Assembly: GCA_049617695.1 (NCBI GenBank)
Contig: JBMZJT010000005.1
Location: forward strand, 2,965-55,727
DNA from: Thermoplasmatota archaeon
GTDB taxonomy: Archaea; Thermoplasmatota; E2; JACPAO01; JAHFTW01
DNA length: 52,763 nucleotides
Direction of reading: 5' to 3'
The position numbers and the translations under genes are program-made. The notes below the pieces were generated by a model. The model worked only from the letters and a program-made list of their open reading frames with translations, was not told where the DNA came from and searched no databases. Shown here one piece after another: positions 1 through 9,463 of this stretch (position 1 is its first letter; each line of letters starts with the position of its first letter).

Positions 1-22
1 GAGGAGGGGGTTTCAGGGTTGC

Positions 23-2233
23 CTAGAAGGCGATGTCTTCGTAGTAGCCGAAGTTGCAACCTTCGAGGCCGAACGCGACGTGGTCCTGGGCTTCCAGGGT
101 GTCCAAGTCGTGGGCGCTGACGCCTAGGCCACTGATGCTGTAAACGCTCACGGGGAGCATCGGCCAGCGGTCCGGGAAGCCGAGGAAGTAGCTGCGTTCG
201 ATTTCCATGCTCCCACAGGGGCGGCTCTGGCCATCTTCGAGCAGGTGGTTTTGGTCCACTTCGCCGTACAGACGCAGTTCCTTGCGGGCCTGGTCGACTT
301 CGATGAGCTGCAAGCCGATGTGGTGGCTTTCACGGTACTCCCATTCCTGGGCTTCCGCATTCCAGACTTCGCCGTAGTTGTGGCTGCTAAGGGGAACGGC
401 CAGCATGTCAAGGCGGTCCCAGTAGGTGAACGCCTTGTGTTCGTGCAGGGCCACGCTGTAGCTCCAGCCGTCGCCACCGGCGCTGAGGTCCATCACGTCG
501 GCGCGCACGGGGCGGCTTTCATCCGAGATGTCGAACAGGCTCACTTGGAGGCGACTCCAGTCGAGGCCGATGTCATCCTTGCCGGGCCCGATACCGATGG
601 TCAGCAACAGTTCATCCGAGAGCGGGTGAATGTACGTGCTGACACCGGGGATTTCGAGTTCGCCCAGAATCTTGGGATCCGTCGGGTCTTCGAGGTCAAT
701 GATCCAGAGGGGGTCGATCTGCTCGAAGGTGATCAGGTAGGCACGGTCGTCTGTGAAGCGAGCCGACCAGAGACGTTCTTCGGGCGCAATGTCACCGACG
801 CGGCCAGTCTCGATGAGCGCCTTGCCGAAGCTGCGCAGCACGACGAGGTGGTTCATCATCGGATCGGGGTCTTCGACCCACCAGCGGCCCCATTGACCCG
901 TCGTGGTGGCCACGCGGAGTTGATCCTGGTGGACATCGATGCCGAATTGGTCTTGGACAATGCCGTCAACGCGTCCACTGGCGCGGTGGTCCACGTCCAG
1001 GCCATCGAGGTCGAACCAATGCAGGTTGGTTGCTTCGGTCAATTGCGGCTGGGCCCAGTACCACCAATCGTTCTGGGCGGAGGACGCCAGCACGATGGAT
1101 CCGGGCGCGCCGTAGACAATGGGGTGGCCACTGATGATCTGCGTAACTTGGTGATCCAGGCCATCCACATCCATGGCAAGGATGCTGGACACGCTGCGAC
1201 CGGTATCGTCCGGCGTGGTCAGGAACCGTTGGCAGGCTGCCTCGGTGATGGGTTCGGCGACCAAACTGGAGCCGGCTTGCGTGTAGATGCGAGGCATGTG
1301 ATCTTGAAGCGTCAGGTTCGCCAGAATCGCCCGGTTGTGTTCGACGGCATCCAATGCTTCCTGTTCCATCAAGGCGCGGCGCTGACTTTCCGGCATGCGT
1401 TCCCAGTCCTCCCATTCCATGGAGCGGGCTTCCATGATGGGCCAAGGGTTCACGTAGTCGATCAAACCCAAGTTGCGCTCCCATTCATGGGCCACGACGT
1501 AGGCATGGCCATCGATGAGGCGGCTGCTGACATGAGAGCCCTCCACCCAGACCTCATCCAAGATGCTGGGAGACGCTCGATCAGCCAGGCTGTAGACTGC
1601 AATGCGCGTCATGGAAGGCGCGTAGTAACTGGATGCCGCGATGTCTGCGCTGCGGCGTTCCTCCGTCTTGGGCCCTTCACCTTGGGTGATGATCACAAGG
1701 CGGTCATCGGCGGCACCGGCTCCGCGCGGGGCGAGCAACAATTGACCACCCCAGAAGGAACCGACCGACGTGCGACTGACCTCGGTCAAGTTGCCGACGG
1801 TCTCACTGTGGAGAATGATCAGCTGGCCTTGTTGCAAGACGTACGTCCATTCGCCATCCGTCTTCATCAAATCCGCTTCATCCGCGCCCGCCTCCTGATT
1901 GTTGGTCCCGGTGACATCGGCGTCGCGAGCCAACGCCCCCGACGCGGCCGACGGCGCGCCATCTCCGGCTGATTCAGCCACCGCCATGACCTCCATGTCA
2001 TCAAAGAAGAAATGACGGTGGTACGAGCCTTGAAGGGACTGATCCAACCGGACCCGCGCTTCAAGATCTGCGCGTTCGTTCAGCACATCAAGCAAATCGA
2101 TGCAGCGATCTTGCGCCACGGGCGTCGGATCACCTCTTGTGATGGCGTCAAAAAAGAACGGCGAAACCGAAGCAGGGCCGCCGCCGAGGCAGCCCGCCAG
2201 GGGCAAGAATAGAAGCACGATCCAAGCGCGCAT
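23..2233 (-). CDS. Secreted beta-propeller domain lipoprotein (Beta_propel-type)
   Basis: ATG 2233 (MRAWIVLL..LAGC lipobox); motifs TNNQEAGADEADLMKTDG, SSRLIDG, LRVATT, SARF, TFEQIDPL, GELEIPGVSTYIHP characteristic of this family. Confidence 0.85.
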   Translation of the reverse strand: MRAWIVLLFLPLAGCLGGGPASVSPFFFDAITRGDPTPVAQDRCIDLLDVLNERADLEARVRLDQSLQGSYHRHFFFDDMEVMAVAESAGDGAPSAASGALARDADVTGTNNQEAGADEADLMKTDGEWTYVLQQGQLIILHSETVGNLTEVSRTSVGSFWGGQLLLAPRGAGAADDRLVIITQGEGPKTEERRSADIAASSYYAPSMTRIAVYSLADRASPSILDEVWVEGSHVSSRLIDGHAYVVAHEWERNLGLIDYVNPWPIMEARSMEWEDWERMPESQRRALMEQEALDAVEHNRAILANLTLQDHMPRIYTQAGSSLVAEPITEAACQRFLTTPDDTGRSVSSILAMDVDGLDHQVTQIISGHPIVYGAPGSIVLASSAQNDWWYWAQPQLTEATNLHWFDLDGLDVDHRASGRVDGIVQDQFGIDVHQDQLRVATTTGQWGRWWVEDPDPMMNHLVVLRSFGKALIETGRVGDIAPEERLWSARFTDDRAYLITFEQIDPLWIIDLEDPTDPKILGELEIPGVSTYIHPLSDELLLTIGIGPGKDDIGLDWSRLQVSLFDISDESRPVRADVMDLSAGGDGWSYSVALHEHKAFTYWDRLDMLAVPLSSHNYGEVWNAEAQEWEYRESHHIGLQLIEVDQARKELRLYGEVDQNHLLEDGQSRPCGSMEIERSYFLGFPDRWPMLPVSVYSISGLGVSAHDLDTLEAQDHVAFGLEGCNFGYYEDIAF

Positions 2234-2292
2234 ACACCTCAATGGGTGGCGCCTAGAGATATAGGCGTCCCCGTTGGTTGGAAATTTCCGAC

Positions 2293-2610
2293 CTACCAAG
2301 CGCCAGGATGGTCGCCTTCACCGCGCTGGTGGGGAACAAAAGGCTGGGGCAATTTGCCTTCGTGACGGTCGGCCAACTCTTGTGGCGTGATGCACTTCAG
2401 GTCCAACGCATGGACCACACCACTCTGGATATGCGGCGTAAATGCGGCGAGAATCGGGCGTTGGCGCTGGAAGCTGCGCTGACCTTCAAAGGAGGCGGCC
2501 ACCACGACGACATGCCAATGGTCGCCGCCGCCGTTGAGGTCCGTGGGGTGAACTTGGGCATCGGGGACAACGCCCACAATGGTATCAATCAGGAAACGTT
2601 CGTGGTCCAT
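2293..2610 (-). CDS. bolA: BolA/IbaG family protein
   Basis: ATG 2610; GGGDHW..VVAASFEG..QRQR...VHAL.LK BolA pattern. Confidence 0.85.
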   Translation of the reverse strand: MDHERFLIDTIVGVVPDAQVHPTDLNGGGDHWHVVVVAASFEGQRSFQRQRPILAAFTPHIQSGVVHALDLKCITPQELADRHEGKLPQPFVPHQRGEGDHPGAW

Positions 2611-2632
2611 GCCTTGGCGAGTGCGGCGGCTG

Positions 2633-3730
2633 CTATGGGCATTGCCCCAATGCTTGTTCGATGTCCGCCAGCAAATCGGCCCCGTCTTCGATGCCGACAC
2701 TGATGCGAACCAGTCCGGAGGTGATGCCCTCGGCGGCGCGCTGCGCATCCGTTGCGTAGGCGTGGCTGGTCTCAATCGGGAGGCTCACCAGACTTTCGAC
2801 GCCGCCGAGGCTCGCGGCCGGCGTCAGGAGACGCGTCGCGCGTCGAAACGCGATGGCCGATTCCTCGGAACCAAGATCCAGCGTGACCATCCCGCAAGGC
2901 CCTGCGGGCAACGTCGCATGATGGACTGCCTTGATTTTGGGATGACCCTCCAATGCCTTGGCAATCATGTTGGCGTTTGCCCCATGAGCAGCCATCCGCA
3001 GTGGCAACGTCTTCATGCCGCGTGCCACGAGGTAAGCTGCCAAGGGATCGAGCACCGCGCCGAGGTTACGCCGAGTCGTCCACAAAGCGTCGCGATCCTG
3101 TTGGCGATGGACGATGAAGCCGCTCATGACGTCCGTGTGCCCGCCCAGGTATTTGGTGCCAGAATGGACGACGATGTGGGCGCCAAGATCAAGCGGTCGT
3201 TGCAGGACGGGCGTGGCAAACGTCGCATCGACGCAGAGGCGCGCCCCCACTTCGCGAGCAACTTCCGCCCAGGCTTTCACGTCGGGAACACGAAGCAATG
3301 GATTCGTGATCGACTCCATCCAAACCACGGTCGTGCCATCCGGAACGCTGCGGGGCCCGTCCGCGTCGAACACGTGGACATGGACACCCATCGGCTCCAA
3401 TTCTTCTCGGAGATACGCCATCGTGCCGCCGTACACGCCACGCATGACCGCTAAGGTGTCTCCTGGCTTGCAAAATGCCTGGCAAACCGCCTGAATCGCG
3501 GCCATGCCACTTGCGAAAGCCAAGGCGCCATCCGCATGTTCCAGTTGGGCAAGCTTGGCCTCAAGCGCCTCGACCGTGGGATTGTCGTACCGCGTGTAGA
3601 TGTAAGGCGCGTGTGAACCATCCCGGCGTTCGGGGTATCGATACGTCGTGGAGTGGACGATTTCCTGGTTGGCGGCTCCATGAATCGGGTCTGGGCGTTC
3701 GCCCCCGTGCACCGCGTCGGTCGCGTCCAC
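2633..3730 (-). CDS. PLP-dependent cystathionine gamma-synthase/lyase family enzyme
   Basis: GTG 3730 (start inferred); YTRYDNPT, FASGMAAI, ESITNP, VDATFATP, HSGTKYLGGH (PLP Lys), SLGGVESL, VRISVGIE. Confidence 0.92.
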   Translation of the reverse strand: MDATDAVHGGERPDPIHGAANQEIVHSTTYRYPERRDGSHAPYIYTRYDNPTVEALEAKLAQLEHADGALAFASGMAAIQAVCQAFCKPGDTLAVMRGVYGGTMAYLREELEPMGVHVHVFDADGPRSVPDGTTVVWMESITNPLLRVPDVKAWAEVAREVGARLCVDATFATPVLQRPLDLGAHIVVHSGTKYLGGHTDVMSGFIVHRQQDRDALWTTRRNLGAVLDPLAAYLVARGMKTLPLRMAAHGANANMIAKALEGHPKIKAVHHATLPAGPCGMVTLDLGSEESAIAFRRATRLLTPAASLGGVESLVSLPIETSHAYATDAQRAAEGITSGLVRISVGIEDGADLLADIEQALGQCP

Positions 3731-3755
3731 GTGGCTCGAGGTACGCAATGGTTGA

Positions 3756-3762
3756 TGAATGC
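3756..3762 (+). repeat. Left target-site duplication TGAATGC (7 bp)
   Basis: Identical to 34341-34347; directly abuts the left terminal inverted repeat. Confidence 0.9.
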
Positions 3763-3774
3763 CTGCACTTCTCG
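3763..3774 (+). repeat. Left terminal inverted repeat CTGCACTTCTCG
   Basis: Exact reverse complement of CGAGAAGTGCAG at 34329-34340. Confidence 0.9.
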
Positions 3775-3781
3775 AAAAGGC

Positions 3782-3904
3782 TGAGGCCGTATCTTTCCTC
3801 CTGTCGGGGACCTCACAGTGATTGGTTCGTTCAAATACTACGCAGAGCAAGATCGCGCGTGGCGAGTGCATTTCCTAGCAGTTCTGTGAGGTCCGCTGAG
3901 GTTC
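3782..3904. repeat. Left subterminal TGAGG(T)/ACCTCA motifs
   Basis: TGAGG 3782, ACCTCA 3810, TGAGGT 3887 and 3897; GTGAGGTCCGCTGAGGTTC closely resembles the reverse complement of the right-end cluster (GTGAGGTCGATGAGGTTC). Confidence 0.7.
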
Positions 3905-3947
3905 AGGCGAACCTTCTGGCGGGACCGACCCGTGGTTCACCGCCGCA

Positions 3948-4982
3948 TTAGTTGATGCGCCGGTGCGCCCATGCCAAGACCCCAATCATGCCTAGCAGAG
4001 AAACGGTAGCGATGCCCGGCGATTCTTCATCCAGCGGGACTTCGGCTTCGTACAGCACGGCCATCGCCTCATCTTGGGTCAACTGGACGCCTTCGGCGTT
4101 GGCGTAGGCAAACCAGCTTTGCCGGCCGCCGATGTCGGTGGTGAAATCCAGCCGCAAGGGAGCAACGACACCATTTCCGGGCGTCAAGTCCAACGTGAAC
4201 GATGAACTGGCGCCGCCTTCGAGGCTTTCCGGATTTGGGCGCCCGTTGATTGTCCAGTTGCCCATGGAGGGCACTTGGAGCATGAAGTGCTGGCCTTGGC
4301 TGGCGAGGGTGTTGTTGACGGTGAACGTGTACGTGCCGTCCGAACCCGCGACGGCGACTTCCAGGAACTTGGCAGAGCCCGTGAGGGGGACCGTATCGAC
4401 GACACGGCCTTCGCCCATGGCGGGGAAAATCACGGTGGGGGGTGCCGAGAAGGGGATCTCTTGGCCAAGGACGGGGTCAAAGAAACCGCCCGGCGCCACA
4501 TCGCGCGGACTTCCATCAACGGAGGACAGGACGACGAGGTTTGCGACCTCATGCCCATCCCATTCGGGAATCGGAACCCATGCGTGGATTTGGAGCACAT
4601 TGCCATCCGCGATTTGGTGTTCGAGCTGTTCGAAGTCCGTGGTGACCTCGGCGCCATCGTGGGCAATCCAGCGCGTGTAGCTTTGGCCCCCAACGTCGAA
4701 GGTGAATTCCAGACCCCACGACGCGCCACCCGTCGGGCGAACGGTGCCATCGCCGGCGAAATTTCCCTTGAAGTAGACCCCGTGCGAGGCAAGAGCCGTG
4801 TTGTAGCCATCGCCCACGTAGACGTCCCAGATCTCGAATCCTTCCCACGGGAAGCTGTCCTCATGCCCCTCGAAGTCGCTGAGCGCGTACGTGTCAAACT
4901 TGTTGAGCTCGAGAGCGCCGTGCGCAGCTACGCCGGGGGCAGCCATGATGGCGAGTGCCAGGGCCATGGGCAGGATTCGCAT
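3948..4982 (-). CDS. Exported protein of unknown function with C-terminal PG-TM-basic sorting tail
   Basis: Signal peptide MRILPMAL..VAAHG (start 4982 inferred); C-terminus EESPG-hydrophobic-HRRIN. Confidence 0.8.
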   Translation of the reverse strand: MRILPMALALAIMAAPGVAAHGALELNKFDTYALSDFEGHEDSFPWEGFEIWDVYVGDGYNTALASHGVYFKGNFAGDGTVRPTGGASWGLEFTFDVGGQSYTRWIAHDGAEVTTDFEQLEHQIADGNVLQIHAWVPIPEWDGHEVANLVVLSSVDGSPRDVAPGGFFDPVLGQEIPFSAPPTVIFPAMGEGRVVDTVPLTGSAKFLEVAVAGSDGTYTFTVNNTLASQGQHFMLQVPSMGNWTINGRPNPESLEGGASSSFTLDLTPGNGVVAPLRLDFTTDIGGRQSWFAYANAEGVQLTQDEAMAVLYEAEVPLDEESPGIATVSLLGMIGVLAWAHRRIN

Positions 4983-5040
4983 ACGCGGCCATCCGCGCCC
5001 GGCCATAGAAGCTCCGGCCTCCAGAGTTCGAAGCCGCATG

Positions 5041-5487
5041 CTATCGGCGCCTCACAAGAGCGACGACGAGGGCGCCGAGGATGGCGACCATGCCGAGGCC
5101 GGGCGCACCTTCGGATTCGGGCGTCGGCGCGATGGCCTCGCCTTCCATGCCCGCAAATCGATGTGGATCGCACCAGTACGCCATCGTTGTCGTACCGGAG
5201 GGCACCGTGAATTCAATGGTCGCGTTTTCGCCGGGCTTGATGATGGGCGTCGCGACATCCACGCCTTCGAAGTGGACGTTGTGCGGCGCTGCGCCCTTGT
5301 TCTCGAGGCGAATGGAGTAGGATTGCCCCGGCTCAAGATTCAGCGAAGGGTTGCGCTCTGACAATCCTTGCAGTTGGAACCAGTATTCACCGCCGCCATC
5401 ATGGGCTTCCAGCACGATACTTTCGGCTTGGGCGCTTGCCAGCGGAGTCAGCAGGAGGATCGCGAGCCCGAGGGCGGCGAGGCGCAT
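5041..5487 (-). CDS. Surface-anchored cupredoxin (type 1 blue copper protein)
   Basis: Signal peptide; PHNV His ligand; YWCDPH..AGM Cys/His/Met loop; EGAPG-TM-RRR tail. Confidence 0.88.
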   Translation of the reverse strand: MRLAALGLAILLLTPLASAQAESIVLEAHDGGGEYWFQLQGLSERNPSLNLEPGQSYSIRLENKGAAPHNVHFEGVDVATPIIKPGENATIEFTVPSGTTTMAYWCDPHRFAGMEGEAIAPTPESEGAPGLGMVAILGALVVALVRRR

Positions 5488-5900
5488 CAGTCGCAGTTGC
5501 TCCAGAGGTGCACGGCGTCGTCGATGACGTGGACCTTGAAGTCCGGGCCCGTGCACTTTGCCGGGTCGATGCTCTTGAAATTCAGAGGGTTGTTCCCCTC
5601 AAAGACCTGAATCTTCACTGGGCCTGCCGCGGCCTTCACGGAAAATACGGACTTGAAATCGGAGTCCTTGGTGCCTTCACTTGCGGCTTGGCCAGCGGTG
5701 CTGTAGGTGCCGGAACCAAGCTCCTTGCCGTCCTGGGTCACCTTGAGCGTGATGGTGCGATCGTCTCCGTTGACGTTGTGCGCGCCCTTGATGGGCACGG
5801 TGTAGGAAGCGGCCGGCGTCGTGTCGCCCCCATCGGACGAAGCGCACCCCGCAAGAAGGAGAGAAACGAGCAGTCCAGCAACAAGCAATGGTTTGTGCAT
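5487..5900 (-). CDS. Small lipoprotein of unknown function
   Basis: ATG 5900, LLAGC lipobox; stop overlaps the start of the cupredoxin gene. Confidence 0.75.
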   Translation of the reverse strand: MHKPLLVAGLLVSLLLAGCASSDGGDTTPAASYTVPIKGAHNVNGDDRTITLKVTQDGKELGSGTYSTAGQAASEGTKDSDFKSVFSVKAAAGPVKIQVFEGNNPLNFKSIDPAKCTGPDFKVHVIDDAVHLWSNCD

Positions 5901-6037
5901 GTTCACGGCCACATGTGCCGCGTTCAACGGTCTTCGGTTCCGGGACCGGTTTTGACGTTCATGGCAACAAATCGGACAAACTTCGCATCCATCCCCCCTA
6001 CCGGCCGCTTTACGCAACTGGCTGGGTCGTGGACCTC

Positions 6038-7651
6038 ATGCGCACGCTGTTGATTACCGCCACCCTACTGACGGTCACGCTTGCCGGATGCTTTGGCTTC
6101 GACTCCGATGACGGCTTCGACTACGTCCCGGGCGAGAACTTCAAAGAAACCGGCCGAACCGTCCACCTCAAGGCGACCGTCCTTGACTTGGTGCAGAAAG
6201 AAATCTACCCAGGCATGGAGGCCAACATGTGGGCGTTCTGCTTCAAACCCGCCCGAGAAGACGACACGTACAGTGCGGCCGCCATCGAATACCTTCCCGA
6301 CCAGGAAGTGGATACTACGGAGACGGCTTGGCAAGGCACCTGCAGCACGCCCGGCCCCACGATTCGCGTCGGTCAGGGCGACAAGGTCATCGTGGACTTT
6401 GAGAACAACCACGTGCATCCGCACACCATTCACTGGCACGGCCAATACGTACCCTGGGAGAGCGATGGCGTTCCGGGTAGCACCCAGGACAGCGTCAAGC
6501 CTGGTGAATCGTTCCGCTACGAATTCATTGCAAGCCGCGCCGGCAGCCTGTGGTACCACTGCCATGTCGACACGCAGTTCCACGTCATGCAGGGTCTGTA
6601 TGGCATGTTCATCGTGGAACCCCAGGAGACCCAATGGGAGCCGGACGTCGATCGCGACGTCGTGTGGACCCTTGGCACCCTCAAGCGTGACCTGGTCGAA
6701 GCGACCCCCGAGCGCGTCGAAAACCCTCACGTCGACCACCAGAACCTGGGTGACTGCGGTGTCACGGGCGAACAGCAATGCCAGAATCCCCCCGTCGATG
6801 TCACGCCGGATACATTCCTCATCAATGGCGTCAGCTTCCCCAAGACATTGCAACGGGAAGATACCTGGATTCTCTTGGAGCCGGGCGAATCGATTCGACT
6901 CCGAATCTTGAACGCAGGCACCACCGTCGAGACCATCCACACGCACGGGCACGACATGCTTGTCACGCACATCGATGGCAACCCGCTGCATCCCAACGCG
7001 CGCTACTACGTCGATACGATTCCCATCATGCCGGCGCAGCGCATTGACGTCGCCATCGAAGGCCGCGCGGGCAACGAGGGAGTCTGGGTCGTGCATACGC
7101 ACGTCGTCGATCACGTGACCAACGACGGTCAATACCCCGGCGGCATGCTATCAAAAATTGCCTACCCCGGCTTCGAAAACGACCTCACGCCGTTCGCAGG
7201 CGTGGAACTCGCCGGCGGTCTGCCCTACACGCCCCCGATTGACTTGCCCGATGACTACGACCGTTCGACGACGCGCGGCATGGAAACGGGTGCTGAGTCC
7301 AGCGAGCAGTGGACGTTCCCGGTGGAATTGCCCTGCGCCGTCAAGAGTATCCGCTTCAACGTGGAAGCCAATTCAGTCAGCAACGCCATCCAGGCCCTCA
7401 ACGAGTTGCACCTGGAAATCTTTGGACCGGATGGCAACGAGATCGTCGAAGAAGACCTGGGAACGGCGCGCTCGTTCGAATGGATTTACGACGCGCAAAG
7501 CAGTGAGCTACACCTCGAGGAAGGGGCCTACAACGTGACGTTGTCCGGCCGTGCAGTCGACACGACCATTCGGATGACGGTCTCTGTTGACTACTACGAT
7601 TCTCTTGAAGAGATGGCCTACGATGGCAACCCATGCGACGAGGACCATTGA
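6038..7651 (+). CDS. Two-domain multicopper oxidase lipoprotein (type C-like) with extra C-terminal beta domain
   Basis: LAGC lipobox; HTIHWHG, WYHCHVDTQFHVMQGL, TIHTHG, VHTHVVDH copper motifs. Confidence 0.9.
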   Translation: MRTLLITATLLTVTLAGCFGFDSDDGFDYVPGENFKETGRTVHLKATVLDLVQKEIYPGMEANMWAFCFKPAREDDTYSAAAIEYLPDQEVDTTETAWQGTCSTPGPTIRVGQGDKVIVDFENNHVHPHTIHWHGQYVPWESDGVPGSTQDSVKPGESFRYEFIASRAGSLWYHCHVDTQFHVMQGLYGMFIVEPQETQWEPDVDRDVVWTLGTLKRDLVEATPERVENPHVDHQNLGDCGVTGEQQCQNPPVDVTPDTFLINGVSFPKTLQREDTWILLEPGESIRLRILNAGTTVETIHTHGHDMLVTHIDGNPLHPNARYYVDTIPIMPAQRIDVAIEGRAGNEGVWVVHTHVVDHVTNDGQYPGGMLSKIAYPGFENDLTPFAGVELAGGLPYTPPIDLPDDYDRSTTRGMETGAESSEQWTFPVELPCAVKSIRFNVEANSVSNAIQALNELHLEIFGPDGNEIVEEDLGTARSFEWIYDAQSSELHLEEGAYNVTLSGRAVDTTIRMTVSVDYYDSLEEMAYDGNPCDEDH

Positions 7652-8442
7652 TGCGAATCGCCATGATGCTCGTGGCCGTCATGTTGGCCGGGTGCGCCTC
7701 GGAGCCTGCTGACGAGCCCGACGAGCTCCAGCACGTAGCTTCGGAGGCCTTTGAGCCGGTGAGCTGGCAATTTGATGGCGAGTTCATCGCCGGCGGAGTC
7801 GACGAGCCCATTCGATACACGTTCAACGTGCCGGAAGGCGCTACTGAAATCGAAGGGCTCCTGACTTGGACGATTCCAGGCGGTGCACTTGACTTTGTGT
7901 TCATTGACCCAGCAGGCAACCAGAACGGTGACGGTTGGGCCGAGTCCAGCACCCGCCGGTACGTCACGACGACATACCCCGTGGTGGCCGGCGAGTGGAC
8001 CGTGGAGGTTTCGGCCCAGCAAGGCGTTGACATCCACTTTGCAATGCAAGTGGAAGCCCGTGAAGCCAAGCCGTACGGCGCCATCGCCGACACCATCACG
8101 ATTCCTCCGGGCAACGCGCTGCGCGGCACGCAAGGGTCGGCGGCATGGACCACGGTCATGGGCCGCGACTTTGGTGAAGTGAACCTGAACATGGTGCCCG
8201 GTGATTGGTTCAACTTCACTTGGACGAGCACGGCCCCCGTGTACTACAACGTCCACTTTCACAACGAAGGCACCACGGACCGACCGATCGAATACACCGG
8301 GACCGAACTAACCGGCAACTTCACGGCACCCAACAACGAGGTGTACAGCATGCTTTGGCGCAACGAAGGAACCGAGTCGGCTTCAGTGACCTACAGCTTG
8401 GATGGCCATTACAGACTCCACTCAATTTCGCGGGACGTATGA
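7651..8442 (+). CDS. Lipoprotein with two beta-sandwich-like domains
   Basis: ATG overlaps the MCO stop (TGATG); MLAGC lipobox; YNVHFH motif. Confidence 0.75.
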   Translation: MRIAMMLVAVMLAGCASEPADEPDELQHVASEAFEPVSWQFDGEFIAGGVDEPIRYTFNVPEGATEIEGLLTWTIPGGALDFVFIDPAGNQNGDGWAESSTRRYVTTTYPVVAGEWTVEVSAQQGVDIHFAMQVEAREAKPYGAIADTITIPPGNALRGTQGSAAWTTVMGRDFGEVNLNMVPGDWFNFTWTSTAPVYYNVHFHNEGTTDRPIEYTGTELTGNFTAPNNEVYSMLWRNEGTESASVTYSLDGHYRLHSISRDV

Positions 8443-8462
8443 CCCGTCATTGATCCCGGGAG

Positions 8463-9335
8463 CTACGGTGCCCGGATGGCGTGCCAGGAAATCCCCGCGT
8501 CCACAGACTCGAACACATGTCCGCCCGACGTGCTGGCAAACACGTGGCGCGCGTCAGAAGGATCGAATGCAAAAGCAACAGGCGACTTTGCCGACGCCAG
8601 CACGGGCTCATTGATGGGCGCCCAGGTGACGCCCCCGTCCGTGCTGTGGCGGCCATCGCCCGCTCGATGATCCCCCGTCGATGCAAACAACACCCGCCCG
8701 TCGCGCGATACAGCCAGGGACGAAAACGGCGCGCCGCCATCATCGAAAACAGGTTGCCAACCGGTCAGATTGGTAAGGTCAGCGGTTGCAAACAACCCGG
8801 AGGTGGTCGCGGCAAAGAAGGTCTCTTTTGCCGCAGCCAATGTGATGACCGGGGCTGGGCCTTCGATGTCGCGCCAGGTTGCGCCGCCGTCAAATGAGTG
8901 CTTGATGGCCCCCTCCCATGCGCCGGCCACAACGTCCGCCCGGCCGGGGAATCCTGTAAGTGCGTGAAAGTCAACTTCGGCCTTGAGACTCCGTTGCTCC
9001 CATGTTTCAGCGCCATCCAGCGACCGTCGGAGCCCCAAGTGCACCCCGCCATAGTCGCGGGGGTCGTTTGGGTGGCCACTGGCGTAGAAGACGATGTCAC
9101 GGACGCCGTCCTGTGTCAAGCCCATGTAGTCGTAGCGTTCGTCTCCTGCGTACGCCCACGTCCACTGACCCTTCGACTCGGTGCCAACGACAACCCCGTA
9201 GTGCGTGCCGAGAAACAAGGCGCCCTCGGCGGGCACGAAAACCGCATCGTGCACGTGCGTAAACTCCACCGGAGGCGTGGGAGCCGTACACCCTGCAAGC
9301 AAGGCGATCAGAACGAGCGGGAGGCATCGACCCAT
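8463..9335 (-). CDS. BNR/WD40-like repeat lipoprotein (F510_1955-like)
   Basis: LAGC lipobox; HVH, GTHYG, DYMG, SGHP, DFHAL motifs; repeated S.DGG.TW Asp-boxes. Confidence 0.8.
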   Translation of the reverse strand: MGRCLPLVLIALLAGCTAPTPPVEFTHVHDAVFVPAEGALFLGTHYGVVVGTESKGQWTWAYAGDERYDYMGLTQDGVRDIVFYASGHPNDPRDYGGVHLGLRRSLDGAETWEQRSLKAEVDFHALTGFPGRADVVAGAWEGAIKHSFDGGATWRDIEGPAPVITLAAAKETFFAATTSGLFATADLTNLTGWQPVFDDGGAPFSSLAVSRDGRVLFASTGDHRAGDGRHSTDGGVTWAPINEPVLASAKSPVAFAFDPSDARHVFASTSGGHVFESVDAGISWHAIRAP

Positions 9336-9463
9336 GTTGGTTGAGGCGCCTCGTGGAATGAAGAAATTGCGACGCGCGGACCTTGTGATGTGGCGCTGGC
9401 ATGGCGATGCAGAGGTCGTTGCTGCAAAACAGGAAGGTCGTAGGCAGTTGGCGTCTGCCGTCA

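Noticed and set aside
245-1972. Long antisense ORFs (e.g. 245-1972, 17683-19098, 40200-41882, 48330-50132)
   Set aside because: They mirror well-supported genes on the opposite strand and have no motifs; expected shadow ORFs in high-GC DNA
3731-3947. Possible riboswitch or leader upstream of the cystathionine synthase/lyase gene
   Set aside because: No SAM-riboswitch or T-box consensus recognised; the region is explained as the transposon left end
6038-7651. Calling the multicopper proteins NirK nitrite reductases
   Set aside because: All four HxH motifs for a trinuclear cluster are present, which fits an oxidase rather than NirK's mononuclear T2 site
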